Assembly: GCF_963676685.1 (NCBI RefSeq)
Contig: NC_092352.1
Location: 49,104,001-49,168,000, forward strand
Length of the DNA stretch: 64,000 bases
Origin: Mytilus edulis
Taxonomy: Eukaryota
Direction of reading: 5' to 3'
Position 1 is the first letter of the stretch; every line of letters begins with the position of its first letter. The notes below the pieces were generated by a model that was not told where the DNA came from, ran no database searches, and saw only the letters and a program-made list of their open reading frames with translations. The translations under genes were made by a program, and so were the position numbers. Shown here in pieces: positions 1 to 13,059 of the stretch.

Positions 1-474
1 TATGCAAAATGCAGCTTAGGTTATCTATTCATGTGATAGAAAATCCTAATCTTTTTGAAAAATTCATAGTGTTGTAACCTTTTATTTTTATAAAATTATC
101 ACCATAGCAATAATGATTCATATTAATACAGAAGTGCTGACAACCAGTCTGTGAAACTTTCAGCGTAATGATTGTAAAAAAACTAAGTTATGATTTTAAA
201 ATACTGTCATATTAATGTTGAGAGAGAACGCTATCCAAATGTTTGATCATATATGAAATACAAGTTGATTGTGATTAAACAATATCATGAATATACAAAA
301 TGAGATTTATACAGTTTTATCAATAAGTTAAGGCTTAGGCTATACCTACAACTTTTCAAAATGTTTTTTTGTTTTGTTTTAAACTTGCATTACTGTGGGT
401 ATTTTTATAGAATCATATAAACAAACAAAAAAAAACCAAAACGATTTGAAAATAAACACTTAAACATATGAGCA

Positions 475-700
475 CGACGAAGGTTGCCACATGTTGAGTA
501 GGATCTGCATATCCTTTTGGAGAACCTGAGAAAACCCCGGGTTTTTGATGGGGTTCGTGTTGCTTAGTCTTTAGTTTTCTATGTTGTGTCTTGTGTACTA
601 TTATTTGTCTGTTTGTCTTTTTATTTTTTAGTCATGGCGTTGTCAGTTTATTTTTACTATAAGTTTGACTGTCCTTCTGGTATCTTTCGACCTTGTTTAT
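475..700 (+). mobile_element. Abundant interspersed repeat (probable retroelement 3' end)
   Basis: Ends ...gtttgactgtccttctggtatctttcg. Reverse-complement copies at ~5295-5485 and ~63590-63740, and degenerate ones at ~53700-53850 and ~58745-58810. Confidence 0.7.
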
Positions 701-2210
701 AAAAATTTCGATATGAATAAAGGGGAATGTTGTGTTATACGTCAATGAGATAGCACTTTTTAGTATTCATTCACAAGAAAGTGTCTGAAACAGAAAGGAA
801 TATAGAATGAGTTGGTAATGGTATTACCAATATGAGACTGAAATATGTAGGATGTGATCCGCTAATATAACTTTCTAAATGGTAAATAAAGCAATATGAC
901 ATTTGTAAACTCTTGGTACTTAACTGTATCAACTGTTTTGGTGGTACGTACTCAAATTCGCAGAAATCAAATCAGAAATCTATTGTAAAAATATAATATC
1001 TAAAACGTCTTTGGCTATTGAACGTGTGGTCGCAATTGAAAGAGTTCAAGTTTAAATTGTATAGTATATATGAATTTCATTGACCCGATAAATTCTTGTT
1101 TTATGACAATTACACACTGTGTAACTAATAGTGTCTTTCCTTCAAAACCAGAAATACAATCTGATAAATCTGTTATCAGGTTGTGTGCATATTGGTATTG
1201 TAAAATAGCAGCTGCTCGAACCAATATGAAGCCACTTTGAACTTACCGTAGCAGTCACTAGACAACGAATGCCATAGTGCGATTCGCAGCTAGTATTTAG
1301 CAATTGTAATATGAAAACAACCTCATAATCCGTACTAATTATTGGAAAATCAAAGCGCGTAAAAGTACTGGTTCATTTTAATCGTGTTTAAAATTTCTAA
1401 CCGAGGAAAAAATATGCGTCGATTTAATTACGCTTTGTTTCCAACATCTTACAGATACAAACCATAAATACAAAAAGTCCTTTGCATTACAAGACATTTT
1501 TCAAATTACTATGATATTTAAACGTACAACATTATAATAGCAAATGATGTTAAATCGCAAGAGTTGAATTTGTTATCATTACATTTTAATTATTGAATCA
1601 TTATTCCATTCCTCTTCTGTAACGCGCTCACTATCACGATTTAAAGGTTTTAATCAATTCAAATTGATATGCATTCTTTATTAAATCAGTTCCAGTAAGT
1701 GCGAAAGAGATAGCAGTAGAGAATTTTGTAAGTCAATCTTATATGGTTGTCAACCAAAAGCACTTAGTCAGCGTTTTGAGTTGATGACACTCCAAACAAA
1801 TTATTCTCTTCTTTCTTATACTATACACAAACTCGTTATACAGATATTGTAACTTTGCTAGTCAAATGTTTGACAATATATGAGCACAAGGTCATGTTGG
1901 GGTTAACGCCAACGAAACACGAACAAACAACACATATCTATATTGATATATGAAGATGTGGTGTGAGTGCCAATGAGGCAACTCTCCATCCAAATAACTT
2001 CATTAACAGTCATTCGATCACAAATGACCATAACTGAAACATTTTTAGTTGAATATTGAAAAATGCAGACAAGAAATTTGAAAGTGTTTAATTGGTTTTC
2101 ATAGCAAATATATAGTGGAAACCAGTTTTTGCTCAGTATCAATTTTTAGTTCAGACTTCATTGACGTATGGATGTCATCGAATTTGTGATCTTACTATTA
2201 TGTATTTCAG

Positions 2211-2259
2211 GGTTGAAGCAACGACGAGTAAAACACTCTCAGCTAAGTTTAGTCGAATG
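2211..2259 (+). pseudogene. Exon-like remnant VEATTSKTLSAKFSRM, third paralog of the VEATT peptide exon
   Basis: tatttcag acceptor followed by GTT GAA GCA ACG ACG, versus GTC GAG GCA ACG ACG at 4542 and 5135 (two synonymous changes). Splice phase differs from the other copies by 1 nt. Confidence 0.35.
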
Positions 2260-2900
2260 GTTTATTTTATTAGTTGCTCTTGGCTTTGAACTAGCAGTCA
2301 GTAACTGCGAGTACTCTCTGATATGCACTTAGTGCTTTTTGTTGTATGAATGTATAAGTACCCGTCTACGTCTACTCTGTAAAAATATAAGTACTGATAT
2401 CTTAAATTCCAGCTTATATCGAATTCTTATATGATATATTTTGAATAGAATTAGTCACCGAAAGACCTTTTTTTTTTAATGATTTTTTTTCTTCTGCCAA
2501 ATGAGATATTTTTGTTACTTAGCTTATCGAAAGGATATTTGACCAATGGTATTGTACATTGATTGGGATTTCCCCATTAACCCTACGTAACTAAACGCGT
2601 ACTCGTATAAGAGTTATCTCCCTGCATTCATTTTTCCTGTAAGTTTTATTTCTCTGAAACCGTAAAAAATATCAACAACTGTTTCCATCAAATTGTTTGT
2701 ATACTTAGGAGGATGTTTTGGTTAGGTTTAACCAAAGTAGTCCAGAGACATCATGTGGGAGTTATTTCCCTTTAGATATTTAACATATGTTAATAAATTC
2801 GTACACCATAAATCATAGAGTCCTAAAGTGTTATGATATGAAGTCCTTGGTCAATTCTGAGGAAATTGAGGTCAAGGTCAAAGACAAACGTCATGTTCTA

Positions 2901-3482
2901 AAGGAGAAGGTCCGGTAAGACCCCTTTTTTGCCCCAAAATATAGCAGTTTTACAAAATTGTTAAAATGTAAACTTTTGGTTATCTATTGTACAGAAGAAT
3001 GCTTCTGCTACATAAATATGGGCTGTTTTTGACAATACAATGCACATATATCGGGTATTAACACCATTTAGTCATGCTAAATTACTAAAATCTCCACAAT
3101 TCTAGCATTTTAGTTAAATTTTAGACGGTTTTCGTGTGAAACTAACGTGGCCGCATTCGTGTTCATCCTTAATATTAAAATGTAAGTTGTATTTTATGAT
3201 AATACATTACATATATACAGATTGAGGATGAACACGGATGCGGCCACTTTCATTTTTGACAAAAACCAGCTGAAAAGTGACATTTTTCGGCATATTAGGT
3301 AGATTTTTCATATTTGAGCTTGAATCGGGTCGTTTTTAATGACTAAATCAGTTTAAATCTTTCACATAAACTAATTGATTCAAATGAAATAGACACTTAA
3401 GTGTTTAAAAAGTGGTCACAATCTTTCGTCAGATGAATCTGAAATTTGAGGTCAAAATCGGTCCTTACCTGACCTACTCCTT
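2901..3482. mobile_element. Non-autonomous TIR DNA element (MITE, possibly Kolobok-like)
   Basis: Ends aaggagaaggtccggtaag / cttacctgacctactcctt. Internal inverted pair gtggccgcattcgtgttcatcct (~3148) / aggatgaacacggatgcggccac (~3224). No clean TSD. Confidence 0.7.
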
Positions 3483-4004
3483 CTGAACTTTGCTTGTTAC
3501 CTTTATTTATAAAAAAAACCTTAAAAGTTAAGGATATAATGTGATGCCAAATAGTTGTTTACCACTAAGTGCGCAACATCAACACATTTAAGTCGAAGTG
3601 TGTCGGTCACCTTTTGTAGGAGTTTTCTTACCTTATATATTTGAAATTAGTATTAATCCTCAACCATACAAGTGAATGACCTGGGATATTATGATTTCAG
3701 ATCACTGACCTATGACCTTGAAATTAAGTCAAGCGCATTAGTCAATTTTACGTTATAGATTTTGACCTTTGCTAAAAGTTGATACTGGTTTATTATAAAA
3801 CAATTAGTTCTTTTGCATTTGGCTTTGTAGACATAACCTTTTCGAAAGGTTAACCGGAAGTGAAATTATGGATTTCATGGATTGACGAAAATTGCATTTT
3901 CGTGGATATTTACATATTCTTTCATTCAAAGCCTATGAAAAAATTGTAACTTGTTGAGCAATTGAATTCCTCGTTCACTTCTACCCACGAAACTCAAGAA
4001 AATT

Positions 4005-5210
4005 GTTATCAAACATATAATAATGAATCCACAGCACCTTTCGATTTTTGAATTCAACGAAAATGTGTTATCATACATTCTTCTGTTCTAACAACAGCTC
4101 GTATATATATATTATAACAGAAACATACAGTAGGAAAGTGTAATGAAATAAACAGTTTGATATTTCTAACAGGACAAATAAACTCAAATAGATGTATTAA
4201 GATTAAACGTATATCGTATTTCACAAAATGATAACAGGCCATAAATACAGAGGTTTCATTGATAATTTTTAAAATACGTCAACAACATTTTACATATTTG
4301 TATTGTGATGATACCACATCTCCTTATGATTATAATAATAGCCCTTCAAGCTGTATCCTAAGAACATATAGTCATAGATGGAAAGATAAATGATTAGGAA
4401 GTAAATTAGGATACCGATGATGCTTTATATTTGGAACCTTTTATATTCAGGCTAATTTCAAAAGATATAGCATCCTATTGGGTAGAATAAATGACTCAGA
4501 GTCAAATAAGTTGAAATGATAACCTTGTATTTTTCTTAGCAGTCGAGGCAACGACGAAATACGACAGAAGGCCAAGTAAACTGACACCTTTCTCGAAATT
4601 GCGCTTTCGGAATCGGTATCCAACAAATAAAAATGAATCCACAGTACCTTTCGATTTTCGAGTTCAACGAAAATGTGGTATCATACATTCTTCTGTTCAA
4701 ACAACAACTCGTATTTCAGAAAAATAAAGGCGGAAAAGTATAGATGAAATATACAGTTTGATATTTCTAATAGGACACATAAACCCAAATAGATGTATAA
4801 AGATTAAACGTATATCGTATTTCACAAAAAATAATAGACCATAAAAACAGAGGTTTCATTTATAATTATACGTCAGCAACCTTTCACATATTTGTACTGT
4901 GATGATACCACATCCTTATGATTATAAAAATAGTATTTGTATGATGTTTCCTGTGAACATATCGTCACAGTTGGATAGATGACTAATTAGGAAGTAAATT
5001 AGGATACCGATGATGCTTTATATTTGGAACCATTCATATTCAGGCTAATTTGAAAAGAGATAGCACCCTATTGGGTAGAATAAATGACTCAGAGTCAAAT
5101 ACATTGAAATGATAACCTTGTATTTTTCTAAGCAGTCGAGGCAACGACGATATATGACAATAGGCAAAGTTTACTGAAACAGGTCTTGAAGGTGAGCTGG
5201 CGGAATCGGA
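4005..5210 (+). repeat. Direct tandem duplication, two ~600-bp units
   Basis: aatgaatccacag..cctttcgatttt at ~4022 and ~4632. The units are colinear through ...gcaacgacga...cggaatcgg (offset 593-610). Confidence 0.95.
4543..4616 (+). pseudogene. Truncated candidate peptide exon (V)EATTKYDRRPSKLTPFSKLRFRNR
   Basis: tttttcttagcag acceptor, phase 1. Cut at the duplication junction (4616). Confidence 0.45.
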
Positions 5211-5227
5211 AGCTTTTTGCAGAATGA
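5136..5227 (+). CDS. Candidate terminal exon of a small secreted cationic peptide: (V)EATTIYDNRQSLLKQVLKVSWRNRKLFAE*
   Basis: tttttctaagcag acceptor, VEA signal-cleavage-like motif, TGA at 5225-5227, AATAAA at 5249-5254, excess amino-acid-changing differences versus the paralog. Signal-peptide exon not found. Confidence 0.5.
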
Positions 5228-6654
5228 AATCGAAAAGACAACAAATGTAATAAAGCCTAAATCATACTAGATCTGATAAGAAAAACTTAATGTAAACGAG
5301 GGGCAAAAGATACCAGAGGGACAGTCAAATTCATACATCGAAAACAAACTGACAACGCAATGGCTAGAAAAGAAAAGACAGAAAAGAAAAAAAACACACA
5401 CAAAAAAGACAAACAGACAAATAAAAATACATAAGACACAATACAGAAAACTGAAGACTCAGCAACACGATCCCCACCAAAAACTAATGTAAGTGACGTT
5501 AGTTTCAACAAATTAACGAATTTATGGTCATCTTTACAAAAAAATCAGGAACTTCGCAATATTAATTATCTTAATTATTTGTGCTGAATTTTATGTATTT
5601 GCAATGTTTTGACCATTATTCTCTTTTATGTAAATCCCATAAATACCCCCATTCAGACTCATGATCTGACAACAGTTTTGATAAAACAAAAATTAAGGAA
5701 GAACGAATACTTGAGTATAATGTTTTGTTCTATAAATATTTTGATCTGACCGTCACTGATGAGTAGACGATACGCTCGACTGTCGTATTAAATTACAATA
5801 CTGGTACATTTGATAACTATTTTAAGTTGATATAGTATGAACCTTGTTTTTTTTAGTAGCAACCCTCAGTCCCGTACAACCAAAATTTAAAGGCTTTACA
5901 TTTATACTCCGATAAAAAATATTCGCGAATTCGACTAAAAACCACGAGCAATGATATAGAAGAATTGTTTACTTGTTTAAATTTATAAATAACCACGTTG
6001 AAGGATCCCTAATAATTGGAAATTATTCACTTGACATAAAATGATAACGAGTAGTTTTTAAACGTATCATTTGAACAACACTCTGAAGTTTAATTTTACA
6101 AATAAATCATAATGATGGCAAAAATAGATTCGGTATTTTGAGAAATCTTGTGAACTGATTAGCTTAATATTGCAGAATAATCAGTGCTCTTCAACTTCGT
6201 AATTGATTTGTCCTTCGAACTGGTATGATTTTCTAGAAATCTAATGATTTGAAAATTAAATTTCCTTATTTCGAAATGAAATCGTGTTACAAAATTAATT
6301 GATGCAAACTATTCATCAAACTTGATTTTCTCTGTATGGAAGCATTTAAAAATAAATCTATTTTTATGAAATATAGGGTAATGCAATCCCTGGCCAGTAA
6401 CATACAAACTGGTTACTTCTTTTATAATCTAAAATGTTACTACAGATACAGACAAAACAAACGAGTTTGAGAACAAACAAAAAATTACAAATGTAAACAA
6501 ACAAATGTGTGTAATTTTACGTATTTAAAAAAAAATATAAATATTCAAAATCAAGGAAATCAAAATCATTAATGCTTATGTTAGATATTATTTATTAAAG
6601 TTGCTTATTAAGATTATTAACCCAGCGTTATAAGAGAACTTTTTATTATCTGAC

Positions 6655-8869
6655 GCAACACTATCCTCATTATATTATTGATTGTTCTATTAATGATTGG
6701 AATTTAAACGTATCTCTACTTGCCATACATTGTTATGAAGTTGTCTGTCAGTTAAGGATCGCACTGTGTGCACATATAACATCCTGCAACCTCTTAAAAA
6801 ACTTAATTATCGAAAAAAATTGCTAGATGTTGTCAAAGTGAAAATCAACCCCCATTTTTGACATTTATTCCTATTATGTCTGTTTGTGTTGTTCACATAT
6901 CGTTTTCAATATAATGGAATTTTATACGACTTAGCTAGCGTTAAATACAGGTTTAAACCACCATTTTCTACACAAAATAATGTCTTTACCAAGACAGTTG
7001 TTAGCCATTCGTTCGATGTTATTGATCTTTTGATTTTTCCATTTGACGAGGGACATTCCGTTTTGAAATTTCCTCAGAGTTTGGTAGTTTTATTTAAATA
7101 TTACTTTTTGTTTTGTGCTAAATGAATACAAATGTCAACACCGCTGAGTATTTATTGAAATTAATTTTTAGCTGATGGAGAAATGTTGTTTAAACTGATT
7201 AGAGTTCACTTGGAATTGTTTGGTTAAATATATTTTGATTATGAATAAAGATAGAGAAGACAAGAACTTGTTTTTCTGTTTTTTTGTCTGATAAATATAA
7301 CCTTGACGGTTTTTTGTTATAATTAAAAAATATATATAGCTTATTCTATAATTCTATAGAGATCAATTTTCTTGTCGTCAATTTGCATTATATATTCTGT
7401 TTTAATTGTTGGTTTTTGTGTAGGCTATCAGTATTTCAAAATAACAAAACACAAAACGAGTGAATAACAATGTTACATAGCCAACACTACACTAACATTA
7501 CCAGCAATATTACTTCCTCTGCATATGGGATATACATTTCCAAAAGAGATTGAAATTTTGAAATTATCAATTTCCAACACCTTAGTAGCAATATACCAAT
7601 TTCACCTGCATTATGGATATACATTTCTCAACTAATTCGGTATTCAATAGATAACAGCTACTATTAAAACTTTTGAAATTGTCACTAGTGTCAGAGCAGA
7701 AAGTTGACGAACCAGGTTTGTGTCAAAGAACATCTTGTCCTTTTTGCCTTTTTGTTCCAAAAATCATCGGAAGATGATAAGTCCTTATTGTTAATATACA
7801 CCATCAACCTCATAAAAACACTTGATGGTCCTAAACTATGGAATTGAGATAATGACGTTGGTCAACTATCTTTATTTAGGGTGGTTTAGCTAGCTATCAA
7901 ACAAGATAATATCCGCCATTTTCTACACGAGGAAATGCCTTACAAAGTCAGGAATATGACAGTTGTTCCAATTTATTTGATGCGTGTGCGCTTTTGATTT
8001 TGCCATTTTGATAGAAAAAAAAATTGGTTTTTGATTTTTCTTAAGTTTCTTTATTTTTGCTGATTTACTTTTTTTTTGTAACTTATAAATAGTTTTTAGT
8101 TTCTTCTATATATTTGTGTTCAGAGTGTTTTTGCTGTACTTATTTTTTATTTATACTATAGCTTAACCATTTCCTGTTGCGTTATCTACTCAGTACAGTA
8201 ACACAATGATATTTCGTGCAATATTGATTTCATGTCAGGCCACTTTTCGTCATAATTTGGGGTTCGTTCAAGAATGGAAAATACATTATATTGTTCGTAT
8301 CAATAGTTTTCTTTCTCAGAGGCAGAAAATTAAGCCAAGGTCAATTTATCATTTTGTTTGTTAGTGTTCGGTAAACCTCGTCTTTCCTCTGTGTTAATAA
8401 AAAAGGTGATATTTCCCTGAGATGTGACCTAACATTGTGTTTTTCTTATATTAATTTAAATACATTGGGATAATAGTCTGATCAACTTAAATTGAATGAA
8501 TTGGTATCACCGATCACTTGTTTAACCCTGCCGCAAGTCAATAACATTGTAAGTCGTTGTGTCATGTTACATTTGTATATCTTAATGAGAATGTAGACGT
8601 GTTTTTCATGTCGAATAAACAAAACTCAGTTGTATGGATCTAAGTCATTTTTGATGTCGTCATTACTGATGTAGAAATTTAAAAGGAAAACGACCATAAA
8701 AAAACAACCTGTATCTAAATTCTGATACAATTCGATTCGTAGTAAGACTATATTGGTTTACAATCTTTAAAACACACAGAAACACTCTGTAAGTTTCTTT
8801 TGCGCTTTAAAATAAAAGTTTTATAAGCCATACAAAGCTTTATAAAACCACTTCAAATTAGGTATTAAA
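6655..8869 (+). repeat. Segmental duplication block P, copy 1 of 5
   Basis: Colinear with ~25413-27930, ~29330-31213, ~40908-43315 and ~46870-49275. Confidence 0.9.
7500..7790 (+). pseudogene. Decayed Penelope-like RT thumb fragment inside block P
   Basis: Translates with frameshifts to EIINFQHLSSNIPISPA..ISQLIRYS, matching IINFPFLSSNIPSAPSYGVCISQLIRYS in the 10276-10875 ORF. Recurs in every P copy. Confidence 0.8.
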
Positions 8870-10275
8870 TAAAGGCAACAGTAGTATACCGCTGTTCAAA
8901 ACTCATAAATCCATGGACAAAAAACAAAATCGGGATAACAAACTAAAACCGAGGGAAACGCATTAAATATAAGAGGAGAACAACGACATAACACTAAAAT
9001 GTAACACACATAGACAAAATCCCACGAGAATAACAAATATAACATATATATATAACATCAAAACCAAATACATGAATTTGGGATAGACAAGTACCGTGAC
9101 ACGTCTTATCGCAATGTGAATTTACACTCAAAAATAAGAGAAAACAAACGACACAACGTTATAATGTAATACACACAGAAACGAACTATAATATAACAAT
9201 GACCATATTCCTGACTTGGTACAGGGCATTTTTAAAGGAAAAAATGGTGGGTTGAACCTGGTTTTGTGGCATGCCAAACCTCGCACTTTTATGGCCATAT
9301 GAAATATAACATCAAAATGACAACACAGGACTACAATATAAATAAATTGGAGAACACAATTGACAAAGAATCACACGAACAACAGCCAACAAAAGGCAAC
9401 AAGTTCAAAATTTTTATACGCCAGAAGTGTATTTTGTCCACACAAGACCTATGTGTGACGCACAGATACAAAAGTTTGAAAGCCGAAACGAGTACAAAGT
9501 TGAACAGCATCGAGGACCAAAAGATCAAAAACGGCAAGGGTTTTCTGTTAAGTTACCAGAAAATCCCTATAATTTAGAGTAATTTATACTTTTGCAAACA
9601 GTAAATTTAATAAAATGAATATACAAAAGATGTACATGATAAAGCTGAAGTATTAACTAATTACAGGAAACAACTGAAATACATTTACATAACCAGACAT
9701 TTGAAACACAAAAGTAGACACATCCGAATACGTTTAAACCTCTACGCCAAATGACGTCATTTGAATTAGTAAAACAGAGCATCAAAAAATGAAAAATGAC
9801 GTCACATAAGAATGAATAAGATGGAATTAGGATTAATTTAAGATTATATATTTGAACTAAATACTGATATTGCATTTAATAACAAAGCACATTTTAATTC
9901 TTATTAATATAAAACTGAGGTAGCAATTAACTATATTATAAAACTATGTCAGGTTTGTTATGAATCTAACTTCAAACGTAAAATATCGTACTTATTACTT
10001 TGAACGAAATCAAATCTGATAAATGAAGGCGATGATTAATTTTCTTTACCATAACACATAAATATAATAGAAAAGACGTCAACACATTTGACAAAATCCG
10101 ATGAGAATTACAAATATAACATTAAACATTTAAACTAAATACATGAATTTGGGATGGATAAGTACCGTACCACGTCTTATAGTATTGCGAGTTCACACTC
10201 GGCAAAACAGTCACAATCGGGAATAAGTCACGTTTGGTAATTAAAAGATTAGACGACATTATGACAAAACACAAT

Positions 10276-10876
10276 CTACCATGTGGTAAAAATGTCCTTA
10301 GCTAGTTTGGTCAACGAAACATCGTATGGATCCACCAAATCGTGATGGTGTCCATAAAATTTACGGAGTGTCAATTTTAATCTGTCCTCATAACTTTGTT
10401 GGAGCAGTTTCTGCGTAAGGAGCACACTCCTGTATATGAAGTCCGTAAAGTGTGAACAAGCACGAGAATAACGTATCAATTGTGATATGCAAACACCATA
10501 CGAAGGGGCAGAGGGTATATTACTGCTGAGAAATGGGAAATTGATAATTGGGAAGTTGAAATCGTCCCGTTTATCATAGATTTTCGTGTGAAGTCGTCCA
10601 TCTACGTCAATATTGAGGAAAAGATCAAGGTATGAAGCAGTCCTTCTAGTATCAGTGGTATCCTTAATTTCAAGTTCACTTGGATATATGAGATGTAAGT
10701 ATTGGCTGAAATATGGGTTATTCAATGACAGAACATCATCAATATATCGGAAAGTAAAATTAAAGAATTTCGCAAGGTGCTTTTTCTTTTTGTCTTTTAG
10801 AAGGTTCTGAATGAATTCTGCTTCATACGAGTACAAAAACAAATCAGCCAGCAGGGGTGCACAATTAGTACCCATT
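10276..10876 (-). pseudogene. Reverse transcriptase, C-terminal half (PMGTNCAP...FRYIDD...thumb)
   Basis: RT motifs GxPMG and YIDD. Stop follows the thumb directly, with no downstream GIY-YIG domain. Confidence 0.92.
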
Positions 10877-11803
10877 GGGTCCGTGTAACACTTTAAAAAG
10901 TTTTAAAATTTTAGATTTTTGAAAATTTGATCAAAGTTTCAAAATATCAAAATTCCAAATTGTGTAAAAATTTTGAAATTTTGAAATTTTAACCAAATAA
11001 TTAAAATATTAAAATTCTAAATTTCGTTTAAAAATTTGATAGTTTATATAAATTTGATCAAACTTTTAAAATACTAAACCTAATGTGCAATTTTGATTAT
11101 TTCACTTTTTGAAAGTTTGATTTTTTAGATTTTTGATTAAAATATCAAAAAGAGAAAAGGGGCGACAAGAGGGGTACCTGTAAACACTGCTCTGATTCTT
11201 AGTTTGGAATAAATAGCTCGAAATATATCAAATCACTTTTTATAACAAAATAAACAATTAAAAGAAGAAGTCGGTTTTTTTATAAAACATATTAGACATC
11301 ACCTGGGATAACAGTATCCTGAAATTTTGAGATTGTGCATCTATTATAAAAATATCCTATTTAAACCGGCATCAAATAAATTGATTTAAGTAATTGATAG
11401 AAAGATAGCGTTTAAGATAAAAAATAAAAAAAAAATAATAAAAAAATAACAGCTATTTGGTGTTCCCAGTGCCAAAAATTTAGAGGTAACAGTGAAACCA
11501 ACTCGCAGTAGGCAAAATAGTATTATTCGCCTTTTTGACGTTCCTGATGAAGGTAGATCCAGAAAAGCGCTACAGTCGCATGCAACTTTATTTTTTTGTT
11601 TTGTTATTTATTGATTGCATGACGATAATATATTGTTTTTTTATGACTGATTTCAGTTCCAAGTAATGATACGGAAGTAATAATTAATTTATGGTGTCAA
11701 AATGAACGTTGTGCTAGGCGTGCTTCAGCACCCCCTAGTAGAACCCCCCCTTTTTGTCCTGGGTTGGGAACCCCCTTTTTTAAAATGGCTGGATCCGCCC
11801 TTA

Positions 11804-11967
11804 CAGGGTTGCGTTCAATATCGTAGCGGCTACGTAGTGCTACGTATATTTATGACTATTGAACGTGTACAGCTAGCCGAGTTTTCTACATAGATATTGA
11901 TAGCAGCTACGTAGCCGAGCAGCTACGTAGCGGCTACGTAGCTGCTACGGTATTGAACACGACACTG
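11804..11967. mobile_element. Small MITE with gctacgtagc palindromic repeats
   Basis: Imperfect TIRs cagggttgcgttcaatatcgtagc / gctacggtattgaacacgacactg. Confidence 0.65.
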
Positions 11968-11974
11968 GTTCAGT

Positions 11975-12345
11975 GATGGTTCAGTGATAATATACGCCAT
12001 ACTAACTTAACTACGAAATATAACAATGAACTAAAATTAAAATCATACAAAACTTATAAGACCATAGGCTCCTGAATTGGGACAGGCGCACAAACGCGGC
12101 GGGGTAAACATGTTTCGTGAGATCACAACCCTTCCCCTATACATCTAGCCAATGTAGAAAAAACAAACCCGACAGCAATACACACAGTTAAACGCACTTT
12201 AAAAGAAATCCAAGTCCCATGTCAGAAAAGGAAACAAACAAAACTAATCAAAATGACAATGATAATAAATTAACAAAGGACTACTATATATAAAGCTAGC
12301 AGTTACTGACAAATGCCAGCTCCAGACCTCAATTAAGCTAATTTA
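11975..12345 (-). mobile_element. Diverged copy of the aagtctggagctggc interspersed repeat
   Basis: Reverse complement aligns to 21335-21650. Confidence 0.75.
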
Positions 12346-13059
12346 AAGATAATAATAACTTCAGCATATGCATAACAGGATCCCTGTTGGATTTATTGCT
12401 TATTTGTTCCTGAACACTCATGAAATATTTGTCACTGGCAACCAAAAATGAATAATTTAAAATAGGTTGTTCCTGAACATTTGATAAATTTAAGTTATTT
12501 ATAAACAAGATATTAAATAAATTTATATGATACATATGTAAAAGAGAACTTATAAATAATTTATAAAAAAACAGCTTGTGTTTATCTTTTAAAACAAAAA
12601 AGTTGTGTATTTCTGTCGGGAGGAAAAATACGTCCACAAGTCAGAATTTCGAGCAAAGATCTGAAATTTTGACCTCGTTTTACTCAAAAAGTAGATCAGA
12701 ATATTTTTATGTACCTGTTATAGTCCCTCATGGAAGTATCCAAGTAAAAAAAAGTGTCACTTTAGTGACTATATTAAAAGTATATTTATATATCGGATTC
12801 CCAAAAAGATAACTATTTATCACTTCATGATATAAACTTTTTTAAATAATTTTCAATTTCCAAACGCCGACACATACAAATTGATAGATGGGCGATTAAT
12901 GTTCAGCGGCAACTATTACATAAATATGAAGGCTGAAAATAATGTTTATGTTATACGTTTATGATATGAATGTATACAGCGTTTGCAAAACCAGAACAAT
13001 TAGTTGGATGTTAACGACTTTATTTGGCCCGTTTAATTTTATTTGACTTTATTGGCCTT

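Noticed and set aside
1015-1370. Overlapping minus-strand open frames with a faint LRR-like NLITDL
   Set aside because: No repeated motif, no consistent start or splice structure, and no paralog to test.
4543-4586. Alternative frame SRQRR (furin-like) with a TGA shared by both copies
   Set aside because: Divergence is highest after that stop, and the third copy's changes are synonymous only in the VEA frame.
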